Position numbers and translations under genes: made by a program
Shown here: positions 1 to 9,365 of the stretch, in pieces
How the letters are laid out: each line of letters opens with the position of its first letter
Position numbering within the stretch: the stretch's first letter is position 1
Notes under the pieces: model-generated
What the model was told of the DNA's origin: nothing
The model's database searches: none
The model's input: only the letters and a program-made list of their open reading frames with translations
Assembly (NCBI GenBank): GCA_963738405.1
Contig: CAVTWJ010000017.1
Location: 1-29,006 of the forward strand
Reading direction: 5' to 3'
DNA: 29,006 nucleotides
DNA from: a candidate division FCPU426 bacterium
GTDB taxonomy: Bacteria > Oederibacteriota > Muellerivitia > Muellerivitales > Muellerivitaceae

Positions 1-3000
1 CGGTTCCATGGGGTTTCAACCGTTCGACCATAATTTGCCCGCCGTATTCTTTCGCGATCCTCTGGCTCAAGGCCAGCCCCAGCCCCGAACCCGCCTTTTT
101 GGTGGTGAAAAAGGGCTCAAAAATCCGAAGCATATCCGCCTCCTGGATTCCGGGGCCCGAGTCTTCCACGCGCACGAGAGCGTATTTTTCATCGCTTTTC
201 ACGCCCAGGGTCAGCGTGCCGCCTTCCGGCATGATTTGATAGGCGTTCATGATCAAGTTCACCAAAATCTGCTGAATGCGCTGGGGATTTGCGGAGAGGG
301 TGATGCCTCCCTTTTGGAGTTCCCATTTTACCTGTACTTTCGCGTGCGCAGGGCCGAATTGGATCTGGCTCAAACGGAGGGAGCTTTCCAATATCGGTTT
401 CAGGGCGAAAGGCTCGTTTTCATCGGTTTTCTCGCTTCGGGCGTACCCAAGCGTGTCCCGAATGAGCTGTTCCAGCCGTTGGGACTGCTCCACGATGGTA
501 TCCACCAAGCTCGTATCCCCCCCCGCTTTTTCCCCCCGTCTTTTGAGGACCTGGGCCGCGGTGGAGATGGCGGCCAGGGGGTTTCGAATTTCGTGGGCCA
601 TACCCGCCGCCATTTCACCAATGACGGAAAGCCGCTCGAATTTTAAAAGGGCCTGCTCGGCCATCCGCTTTTCAGTCACGTCCCGGTAATTGAAGATGAT
701 CCCCTTCACCGTGGGATGATCCAGCAGGTTCATGGCGACGGCCTCAATATGCCGCCAGGTGCCGTTCTTATGAAGGGCCCGGGCCTCGGCGTAGGCGGTG
801 GTACCCGGTTTATCCAGGAAGGCCCGAAAGGTCTGCAAAACCCGGGACTGGTCTTCGGGGTGGACGATCTCCATGAAACTTTTCCCGACCCTTTCCGCCG
901 GTTCGTAGCCCATGACCTTTCGGACCGAGGGGCTGACATAACGGGCCCGGCCGTCATTGCCCACCACCGAAATGACGTCGTTTGAGTTTTCAATCAGGGT
1001 CCGAAAGTTCTCTTCCGATTGGCGAAGGGCCTCCTCGGCCATCTTCTTCTCGGTCACGTCCCTGCTGTTAACAACGATCCCCCCCACCGCCGGGTCGTCC
1101 AGAAGGTTGGTGAGTACCACCTCCGCCCGGATAAAATGCCCGTCCTTGTGCTTAAAAGCCGTTTCGGTCTTATAGGGCACGCCGGGATGGGCCAATACCT
1201 CGGCGAAAAGCTTTCGGTTCTTTTCCAGGTCCTCCGGGTGCTGGAAGTCAAAGGCCGGGCCCACTCTTTCACCGGGCTTGTAACCCATGACGCGCTCCAG
1301 GGAAGGGCTCTCGTAGAGCCGATGGCCCTTGGCGTCGACCACCGTAATCATGTCGTAGGAATTCTCGATCAGGCCCCGGAACTTGGCCTCCGATTGTTTC
1401 AGGGCCCTCTCGGTCTTTATTTTTTCCGTTACGTCGCGGCTGTTGATGACGATGCCGCCTACCGCGGGATCATCCAGCAGATTCGTGACGATCATATCCC
1501 CGTCGATGTAGCTTCCGTTTTTGTGGACCGACTTCATTTGGGCGTGGATCGGCACACCCGGATTCGCCAAAACCTTCTTAAAGATTTCCCCGGCTTGTGC
1601 CCGTTCCTCCGGCGGCTGGGCCTCAAAAGCGAAACCCTCCCTTTCTCCCGGCTTAAAACCCAAAACCCGTTCCAAGGAAGGGCTCTCATAAAGCCTCTTA
1701 CCTTCGCGGTCCAAAACCGTGATGAGGTCGTAAGAATTTTCGATCAAACTGCGGAACTTGGCTTCCGATTGTTTCAGGGCCTCTTCCGCTTTTTTCCGGT
1801 CCGAAATATCCCTAAAGAGCACCATGGTGGATGGAAGCTGGCGGTAACGGATGCCGATGGAGGATGTTTCGACCGGGACCGACGAACTGTCTTTTCTCAG
1901 AAGCTGTATTTCAATGGCGGGGTTTTCACCGCCCTCCAGGGTTTTTTGAATGCGTTTTTGCACCCTTTCCCGGTCTTCGGGATGGATCAGGTCCGTCGGC
2001 GCCAGGACCCACATCTCCTCTTCTTTCCCAAACCGCAGCAACTCCACGCATTTTTTGTTCGCGTAGACGATCTTCCCCCCCTGATGCACCAAAATGGCGT
2101 CGGGAGACTGTTCAATGAGGGTCCTAAAATTTTCCTCCGACTGGCGCAGGGCCTCCTCGGCCTTCTTGCGCTCGGTGATGTCCCAGATGCTGGCGACCCG
2201 GAGGTCCCTTCCCTGGTAGGTAAAATTTTGGCCGATGATTTCCGCGGGGAAGGTGGAGCCGTCCTTGCGCCGGGCCAGAATTTCGTAGGGGTGGGAATAG
2301 TTTTCTTCGGCGTGTCGGCGCACCATTTCCACCGATTCGGGAGCTAAAAAGCTGAATTTCGGCATCTCCATCATTTCGGAGATCGTGTATCCCAACATAG
2401 CCGAAAGGGTGGGGTTGGCGTCCACCAGGACCCCGTGGTCGTGGATCATGATGCCTTCCTTCGTCACCTCGGAGAAACGGCGGAACCTTTCCTCGCTCTC
2501 GCGCACGGCCTGTTCGATCTTTTTCTGGTAGGTAATGTCCCATCCGCTGGAGGCCCGCATCTTCCGCCCCTGGAACATGAAATCCCGGCCATGGACCAGG
2601 ATGGGAACAACGGTCCCGTTCTTGTGTTTGGCGCTGATTTCATAGGTTCCCTCCGGATATCCCCTTTCCATGCGGGTCTGGGTGTCTTCGATGGAAGCCT
2701 GGTCCATGAAATTCGAGAGGTGTTTTCCGACCACTTCAGAGCTGTCATAGCCCAAGAGGCGGGTCAGGGCCTGGTTGACTTCCACGATGACCCCCTGGTC
2801 GTGGATCATGATGGCTTCTTCCGTCAGCTCATCAAACAGCCGAAGCCTTTGACCGCTTTCATAAAGGGCTTGGTCCGCTTTTTTGCGTTCCGAGATGTCC
2901 CGAAGCACCACCGTGTAATAAAGCCGGCCTTCCCGGCTGAATTCGCCGAAGGAGCCTTCCAAGGCGAGGGTCTGCCCTTTCTTGTGAAGGCCCTCAAACT

Positions 3001-3892
3001 CGAACAAAAGGCCCGGCATCCCCTTCTTATGGTTACGTAAGTAAGAGAGGATGGAATCCAAAAAACCCACATGGGATTTTTCGGGGAGGATCATGGTGAG
3101 GGACTGGCCCCGCAATTCGTCGGGGGAATAGCCAAAGATGGATCGGACCGCCTCGTTGGCATAGACCATCTTCCCCTCATCATCCAGGTTCAGGATGGCG
3201 TCGGTAGCCGTTTCCGTCAGCGCCCTGAAACGCTTTTCCTCTTCCAAGAGAGCCATTTCACTTCGAAGGGCCTGGCGAAGATCGGCGGTGATGGAATAGC
3301 CGACCGCCAAGAAACCCAAAGCCAGAAGAATTCCCACCACCACCAAAACCAGATCGGTTTGAATGAGCCGTAAAAAACCGTTCTGTTCCTCAGCTTCCTT
3401 TTGGTCCAGGTAGCCGATGTAGGCCTGGCTGGCGTTGTCGAAATCGATGGTGATGTCTTTAAGGTAGCGGTTGTAAAGTTTTTCGGCGGAGTCGCTCTTT
3501 TGGGCGGTGGAGGCGAGAATTCCTAATGGGAACTGGACATCCCGAAGTCCGGCCCCGAGGCGGAAAAGCAGGCCCTTGCCGTCGGGTTCCTGTTCCAAAA
3601 GCGAAAGCCGGTTGAAATCATCGGCGGCTTCCTGGTAATAGGCCAGGCTCCTTTGTTTATTCTTCTCATCCTTCAGAATGGCGAAATTTTTGGCCTTCGA
3701 AATGGCCAACTGGAAAGCGGAATTGGTCTTTTGGGCCAGTTGGGCCTTCTGGTCAAAAAGCGCGTCCTCCCGCCGGTCCTGCAGGGCCATCCAAAATCCG
3801 ACGAAGGCGGCGATAAACAAAAGGCCGACCAGGCCGCCGAGGATGTAAGTGGCGGTGATTTTGGCTCTAATTTTTTTTGTCAGTTCAAGCAC
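1..3892 (-). CDS. Membrane-bound multi-PAS sensor histidine kinase (2 TM + periplasmic domain, 7 PAS domains, HisKA, HATPase); 3' end runs off the window
   Basis: Hand translation of the minus strand from GTG at 3892 (MLELTKKIRAKITATYILGGLVGLLFIAAFVGFWMAL...) stays open to the left edge. It has a second TM (LVLVVVGILLALGFLAVGY), repeated PAS starts/ends (SEENFRTLIE...RDVTEKK, WDITERK), H-box GMAHEIRNPL near 580-610 and G-box residues with FEPFFTTKKAGSGLGL near 65-125. The plus-strand ORFs in the track are its antisense shadows. Confidence 0.93.
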   Translation of the reverse strand, partial: MLELTKKIRAKITATYILGGLVGLLFIAAFVGFWMALQDRREDALFDQKAQLAQKTNSAFQLAISKAKNFAILKDEKNKQRSLAYYQEAADDFNRLSLLEQEPDGKGLLFRLGAGLRDVQFPLGILASTAQKSDSAEKLYNRYLKDITIDFDNASQAYIGYLDQKEAEEQNGFLRLIQTDLVLVVVGILLALGFLAVGYSITADLRQALRSEMALLEEEKRFRALTETATDAILNLDDEGKMVYANEAVRSIFGYSPDELRGQSLTMILPEKSHVGFLDSILSYLRNHKKGMPGLLFEFEGLHKKGQTLALEGSFGEFSREGRLYYTVVLRDISERKKADQALYESGQRLRLFDELTEEAIMIHDQGVIVEVNQALTRLLGYDSSEVVGKHLSNFMDQASIEDTQTRMERGYPEGTYEISAKHKNGTVVPILVHGRDFMFQGRKMRASSGWDITYQKKIEQAVRESEERFRRFSEVTKEGIMIHDHGVLVDANPTLSAMLGYTISEMMEMPKFSFLAPESVEMVRRHAEENYSHPYEILARRKDGSTFPAEIIGQNFTYQGRDLRVASIWDITERKKAEEALRQSEENFRTLIEQSPDAILVHQGGKIVYANKKCVELLRFGKEEEMWVLAPTDLIHPEDRERVQKRIQKTLEGGENPAIEIQLLRKDSSSVPVETSSIGIRYRQLPSTMVLFRDISDRKKAEEALKQSEAKFRSLIENSYDLITVLDREGKRLYESPSLERVLGFKPGEREGFAFEAQPPEERAQAGEIFKKVLANPGVPIHAQMKSVHKNGSYIDGDMIVTNLLDDPAVGGIVINSRDVTEKIKTERALKQSEAKFRGLIENSYDMITVVDAKGHRLYESPSLERVMGYKPGERVGPAFDFQHPEDLEKNRKLFAEVLAHPGVPYKTETAFKHKDGHFIRAEVVLTNLLDDPAVGGIVVNSRDVTEKKMAEEALRQSEENFRTLIENSNDVISVVGNDGRARYVSPSVRKVMGYEPAERVGKSFMEIVHPEDQSRVLQTFRAFLDKPGTTAYAEARALHKNGTWRHIEAVAMNLLDHPTVKGIIFNYRDVTEKRMAEQALLKFERLSVIGEMAAGMAHEIRNPLAAISTAAQVLKRRGEKAGGDTSLVDTIVEQSQRLEQLIRDTLGYARSEKTDENEPFALKPILESSLRLSQIQFGPAHAKVQVKWELQKGGITLSANPQRIQQILVNLIMNAYQIMPEGGTLTLGVKSDEKYALVRVEDSGPGIQEADMLRIFEPFFTTKKAGSGLGLALSQRIAKEYGGQIMVERLKPHGT

Positions 3893-4063
3893 GGAATCTT
3901 CTTAACGTGAAATGCTGCGGGTTCACACGCGGGACTATCAGAATGATCCATTTTAACGAAATAACAACCGAAATACCCATAGCCATGAGGGCCCGATCCA
4001 TAGGGCCCGCAAGCGATTCCATTGATAAAAGGGACGTTTAGGCGGGACTGGAGTTCTTAAACT

Positions 4064-4474
4064 CTAGCTGAAACTCAGCTGCATCTTTCCCGAATCCGCC
4101 AGGGAATAGAACTTGGTTTCCTGTTTTTTCGTTACTTTTTTGGACTGCAAACTTTTCTTGATCTCAGAGTTTAAATTCTTGGAGGCCTCGCTCATCTCAC
4201 GCCTCAGGGAAACGTAAGCCGAATGGCTTGTTTGGGAACCTTCCAATTCCAAAAAGCGGACGAAATTTCGGGCCTTTTCCACGGTCGTTTTGCTCCAGGG
4301 GCCGCAGCGCCAGGAAGCGGACTCGGCCCAATGCTCGAAATAGCGGGCCCAATCCAAAACCTCAGCGTCCGTGGCGCCGTAGCACATGCCGTAGTGAGTG
4401 ATGAGGACATGAAGCTCCTGCTCCAGATCCAGATAGAATCCCCTCGAAGTATCCACGCCTGTTTCGGTCTTCAT
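4064..4474 (-). CDS. Hypothetical 136-aa cytoplasmic protein (MKTETGVD...GKMQLSFS)
   Basis: Strong RBS (AAAAAGGGGAGGAAGC) directly before ATG at 4474 and a sigma-54 promoter about 40 nt upstream. The longer 255-aa track ORF is over-extended. Confidence 0.7.
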   Translation of the reverse strand: MKTETGVDTSRGFYLDLEQELHVLITHYGMCYGATDAEVLDWARYFEHWAESASWRCGPWSKTTVEKARNFVRFLELEGSQTSHSAYVSLRREMSEASKNLNSEIKKSLQSKKVTKKQETKFYSLADSGKMQLSFS

Positions 4475-4515
4475 GCTTCCTCCCCTTTTTGTCCTGCAGA
4501 TGAACACCCTATAAG

Positions 4516-4530
4516 GCAAACCTTGTGCCA
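4516..4530 (-). promoter_or_regulatory. Sigma-54 (-24/-12) promoter for the 136-aa orphan
   Basis: Minus strand reads TGGCAC-AAGGT-TTGC, an exact match to TGGCAC-N5-TTGC. Confidence 0.75.
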
Positions 4531-4734
4531 AAGTTGGGATGGGAAAATTAGCGTGGAAATTTTTGAATGGGCCGTTGATGGGGTGGGTAAAAATGACCAA
4601 GGCGGGGTCTTTTGACCCAGTTTCAAAAAAAAGTTTGGGAACGATGGGGTTTCGGCGCCGAAGGCACACACACTTACTAAAACGGGCAGTGGAATGGACC
4701 CGCCAGCGGGAAGAAAGTGGGTTTGGAGCCGCCT

Positions 4735-4980
4735 TTAGTGGTGGGAGTGTCTCACAATCCACCACTTGCAGACTCCAAAGTACAGAAGGGCTATGCCCGC
4801 CAAAATCACAAAGGGCAAATAGGCGATCCAACCGTCATTGGGCTCAGTCATTTGAGGGCTGAGCGGGATGGGGTTGGGCCATAAATCCGCCCCATAGCAA
4901 TGGCCGGCCAGCGCCATCCAATAGATCACCGCGAAGGGTTTCAGGCCGATGTCGGTCGGCCAAGAAAGAAATTTTTTCAT
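4735..4980 (-). CDS. Small (81 aa) membrane protein with N-terminal hydrophobic/signal segment and C-terminal TM helix
   Basis: RBS GAGGAGGTGAGGAAGAA before ATG at 4980. Sequence MKKFLSW...WIAYLPFVILAGIALLYFGVCKWWIVRHSHH. Confidence 0.6.
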   Translation of the reverse strand: MKKFLSWPTDIGLKPFAVIYWMALAGHCYGADLWPNPIPLSPQMTEPNDGWIAYLPFVILAGIALLYFGVCKWWIVRHSHH

Positions 4981-5268
4981 TTCTTCCTCACCTCCTCGAA
5001 CTTCGATTCTTCGTTTATTGTTGAGCCGGCGCCTTCGAAAAGTGAAGCGCCTCCTTCGTCCATTCAGCAAAAAGTCCGGCGGAAAGCTGATGACGTTTTC
5101 CCCGAGCCAATCATTTTCATTGCGGGGTCAAGGCGCATTATTTTTTATAAAAGTTATCCTTTACCCATAGTGGGTCTAGCCTGGGAAAACCTGTACCCAA
5201 TTGACCCAACCTGCTCCCTCTTTACCCACTTCCAAATTTAAAATAGCGCTTTTTCCTCAATTAGTCCT

Positions 5269-5283
5269 TGGCACGCCCCTTGC
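5269..5283 (+). promoter_or_regulatory. Sigma-54 promoter for the PilZ gene
   Basis: TGGCAC-GCCCC-TTGC, exact consensus, about 65 nt upstream of the likely TTG start. Confidence 0.78.
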
Positions 5284-5347
5284 CATAAGAGATATCGAAA
5301 GTAAAAGCCAACAACCATTTCAGTTGTTGTTAAAAGGGAAAAAGAAA

Positions 5348-5704
5348 TTGCCAACTTCAAAAGCCGCAGAGGAAAGACGAAAACAACCCAGGGTTAAATT
5401 CGCGAAACCCGTTCAAATTTATCCGGTCGTGGAATCCCAGTCCGGAAATATTTTCGAGGTTCAAAAGGATTTTTTAACCGTGAAGGCCGTTGATTTAAGC
5501 GAAGGCGGGATCCGTTTGGAGCTGGGGATCCCGAAGCCCCCCGGCCATATCCTGAAGCTCAATTTTGATATACAAAAAGACCGGTCCGTGACGGTCTACG
5601 GAAAGCTGTGCTGGTCCACCGGCAAATTCGCCGGATGCAAGTTCATCGCCCTGGAAAAAGAGACCCTTCAGCAGATTCAAGATTTCGTGGAAAAACAGCT
5701 TTAG
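5348..5704 (+). CDS. Single-domain PilZ (c-di-GMP receptor) protein
   Basis: RxxxR (ERRKQPRV) and DxSxxG (DLSEGG) motifs. TTG start at 5348 follows AAAAGGGAAAAAG. The stop overlaps the mreD stop (5701-5704). Confidence 0.85.
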   Translation: MPTSKAAEERRKQPRVKFAKPVQIYPVVESQSGNIFEVQKDFLTVKAVDLSEGGIRLELGIPKPPGHILKLNFDIQKDRSVTVYGKLCWSTGKFAGCKFIALEKETLQQIQDFVEKQL

Positions 5705-6183
5705 GCGGTCGCGGGATCCTGCCGGCGGGGCCGGAGCCTCACCACCAGCCAGCAGGCCAGAAGCCCCACCAGGCCCGTCAAGGCCGTTGAATGCAGCACG
5801 ACCGTAAAGGCTTCGGCCGCCGGAGGCGCCGTTCCATCCCATTTTAAAAGACCCCAAATCGCCAGCTGGCGGAGTGCCATCATGGCGAAAACGAGGAAGC
5901 TTTGGGTCAGGACCCTTTCCCGAAAAACATGGCGCCGTGAAAGGGAGCTCAAATAACCCGCCAAGGCGTCGGAGGCCAGGTGGAGGCCGATCCAATCGGC
6001 GGTGAAAATATCCTGCGCCGCCCCCAGGAAAAACCCCCAGGCCGTCGCCTTCACGGGTGTGGTTCGAAGGCCCTTGAGCACCACGAAAATCAACGGCAGG
6101 TCCACTCCCCAATCCGCCACGCCCACCAGTTGCTGGAGAAAGAACAACCCCAAAACAATGAGCGTTTCTTGAGCGATTCTCAC
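5701..6183 (-). CDS. mreD: Rod shape-determining protein MreD
   Basis: 160-aa polytopic membrane protein with GFFLGAAQDIF...G motif, immediately downstream of mreC. Confidence 0.85.
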   Translation of the reverse strand: MRIAQETLIVLGLFFLQQLVGVADWGVDLPLIFVVLKGLRTTPVKATAWGFFLGAAQDIFTADWIGLHLASDALAGYLSSLSRRHVFRERVLTQSFLVFAMMALRQLAIWGLLKWDGTAPPAAEAFTVVLHSTALTGLVGLLACWLVVRLRPRRQDPATA

Positions 6184-6185
6184 GG

Positions 6186-7019
6186 TTATTCCTTGAAAAT
6201 TTCAACGGGCGGCAGGATGAAAACGTAATCCAAGACTCCGAGATCCACCGCCGGGGCCAATTCGATTTCGGTGTCCAGATGGTTGTCCGAAACCTCTTTT
6301 TTCACGATGGTTCCCAGGGCGTAGCCTTTCGGGAAGACTCCCCCCAGCCCCGAGGAAACAATCGTATCCCCCACCTGGATGTCCTCCAGCGGGCTCACGA
6401 AGCCCAGGCGCAGGGGGCCCAAGCCCGTTCCCTGCACCACCCCGTTGACCCGGGACCTGACATCCACCCCCGACACGGAAGAATCGGTGTCGGAAATCAT
6501 GAGCACACGGGAATATTTGGCCGTGCATTCCAACACGCGCCCCACGATTCCCTGCTCGGCGATGACGGGCGAGTCCGCCACCACGCCGTCGTCGCGCCCC
6601 AAGTCGATGATGAAACTCTTGCTCCAGGTGCTGGGATCATGCGCGATGATGCGGGCGATCTTGGCCTGATGGGGAAGCTTCGACTTGATCTGGAGGACCT
6701 CTTTGAGCCGCGCCAGCTCGTCCTGAAGCGATTTATGGTTGGAAAGCTCAAGACGAAGGGCCTGATTTTCGAGCTGGAGCCGGCTGACTTCCTGGCGCAG
6801 GTGGCCCAGCTCCTGGAGGGCGGTGAGGATGTTTTCCGGCAGCGCCAGAAGGGCCCCGATGGAGTTTTGAACCGGAAGCCAGAGATTCAAGGAAGTGTTC
6901 TTGAGGCTCCAATGGCGGGCGTTGGGGTGGTTGTGCCGGTAGGCGAGGACCCACAGGCAGATGAAAACCAAGAGAAAGAGCATCAGGAGGGAAAAATTTC
7001 GCTTTAGAAATTTCAGCAT
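6186..7019 (-). CDS. mreC: Rod shape-determining protein MreC
   Basis: N-terminal TM, coiled coil, IIDLGRDDGV, GIVGRV and VGDTIVSSGLGGVFPKG motifs. Confidence 0.95.
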   Translation of the reverse strand: MLKFLKRNFSLLMLFLLVFICLWVLAYRHNHPNARHWSLKNTSLNLWLPVQNSIGALLALPENILTALQELGHLRQEVSRLQLENQALRLELSNHKSLQDELARLKEVLQIKSKLPHQAKIARIIAHDPSTWSKSFIIDLGRDDGVVADSPVIAEQGIVGRVLECTAKYSRVLMISDTDSSVSGVDVRSRVNGVVQGTGLGPLRLGFVSPLEDIQVGDTIVSSGLGGVFPKGYALGTIVKKEVSDNHLDTEIELAPAVDLGVLDYVFILPPVEIFKE

Positions 7020-7088
7020 GTCTTGGCAGCCGAGAAAAGGTTGGGATGTGGTTTCATCGGATCGGCGCCCTTCTCCGGAAGATCCGGA

Positions 7089-8129
<1,041 letters not shown>

Positions 8130-8182
8130 GAAAAGCCCTCCAACCTCAGTTTGCTGGGGCCCTCCAAAGGGCCTGGTCATTC

Positions 8183-8215
8183 AAAAAAAAGCCCCGGATC
8201 GAAGTCCGGGGTTTT
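8183..8215 (-). terminator. Intrinsic terminator-like hairpin in the mreB leader
   Basis: Minus strand reads AAAACCCCGGA-CTTCGA-TCCGGGGC-TTTTTTTT, a GC stem followed by a U8 tract. Confidence 0.75.
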
Positions 8216-8624
8216 ATTAAAAGCGTTTAAAACCGGCTTTTAGAAGGGCACAAGTTTAACACAGAGGGAACCGGAGTCCAACGATTTTAACGTTATTTGA
8301 GGCGGGGAATTTGACTTTTTACTTTGAACCCACCCAATTTCATTCAGCTTAAAGAGTCATTGATAAGGATGGGCCGCCGATAGGAAGAGAAGCCGCCCAC
8401 GCTTAATATCTTTCATGATATATCGGTCAAGAAAACGCAAAAACTGCTTGGAGGTCTTTCCGTAAAGGCCTTTTTTGAGCCTGCGAAAACCCCGAATCTT
8501 TCTTTGAATGACCGGAAGGGTTTTCAACCGGGGGGCATAGGCGGTGACAAGCAAAACTTTTCCCGAATGGGCCATATCGATCTCCCCAAAATGGACCGTA
8601 AAGGAATGTAGAAGGGTGTCGGGG

Positions 8625-9173
8625 TTAGAGACTGGTTTTTAAAAAAAAGTCACACAACCAAATTCCGGCATGGGCGCTGATAGTTCCTAAGGCGAGGCCC
8701 GCTAAAACATCCCCGGGGTAATGGACCCCCAGATAAACTCGGGAAATGCCGATCAAAACCGCCCAGGCGAAAACCCAAGGCCCGAGGGCGGGCAGAGCGG
8801 CTGTCAAAACCACTGCCAGCAGAAAGGCCGCGCCAGTGTGGCCCGAGGGAAAGCTGAACTCGTCCGGTGGAACGATGAGGGCACGGACACCCTTGAGGCG
8901 GTTGAAGGGCCGGGGCCTGCGCACGTTTTTTTTGATGAGGTAGTAAAGCGAAAGTTCCAACAAAAAAGCGGAAAGACCGGCCAAAACGTAAGGCCATTGG
9001 GCCGGCTTCATCCAAAGCCAGATGATTCCAATGCCCACACAAGGCAGTACATCCGCCGTATGGGAGAGATAATAAAAAAACCTTTTCAAAGGCTTTCCCT
9101 GGGCCTCACCAAAGATCAAATTAAAGATCCAGGCATCCCAGCTGTTGGCTTTTCGAAGAATAAATTGAACCAT
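8625..9173 (-). CDS. PAP2-family membrane phosphatase (undecaprenyl-PP/lipid phosphatase type)
   Basis: C1 KKNVRRPRP, C2 SFPSGH and C3 SRVYLGVHYPGD motifs, with several TM segments. Confidence 0.93.
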   Translation of the reverse strand: MVQFILRKANSWDAWIFNLIFGEAQGKPLKRFFYYLSHTADVLPCVGIGIIWLWMKPAQWPYVLAGLSAFLLELSLYYLIKKNVRRPRPFNRLKGVRALIVPPDEFSFPSGHTGAAFLLAVVLTAALPALGPWVFAWAVLIGISRVYLGVHYPGDVLAGLALGTISAHAGIWLCDFFLKTSL

Positions 9174-9231
9174 AAGGCCTAAACCTTCCTTGGTAAGTTG
9201 GCTAAAGGTTAGGCTTTATGTATTTCAGGCC

Positions 9232-9248
9232 TGTAAATAACCTATAAA
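9232..9248 (-). promoter_or_regulatory. Putative Pho-box-like tandem repeat in the PAP2/ppx divergent intergenic region
   Basis: Minus strand TTTATA-GGTTA-TTTACA, 11-bp period. Confidence 0.45.
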
Positions 9249-9365
9249 CAGGCCGAAACTTCTCTCGAAACAGCAACGGAATACACACAAAAAAGCTTAA
9301 AAACCATATAATGTGCCTCTTTTCCGCCCTATCTCGGATTCGAAATGTTGGTTTAAAGGGGTTCC

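Noticed and set aside
517..2081. C7-C8 homopolymers (517-524, 1079-1085, 2075-2081) as phase-variation tracts
   Set aside because: They are short, in frame, and explained by Gly-Gly codons in GC-rich DNA.
8..3910. Long plus-strand ORFs (8-646, 1019-2347, 2435-3040, 3071-3373, 3653-3910)
   Set aside because: They are antisense shadows of the minus-strand PAS kinase and have no motifs of their own.
3988..4009. AGGGCCCG direct repeat / GGGCCC hairpin upstream of the kinase
   Set aside because: There is no U tract and only a 6-bp stem, so no function can be supported.
4475..4831. N-terminal extension of the 255-aa track ORF
   Set aside because: It overlaps a sigma-54 promoter and the small membrane gene. 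The strong RBS is at 4474.
8357..8575. 72-aa minus-strand ORF between PAP2 and mreB
   Set aside because: It has no recognisable motif and reads like a spurious basic ORF, though it cannot be fully excluded.
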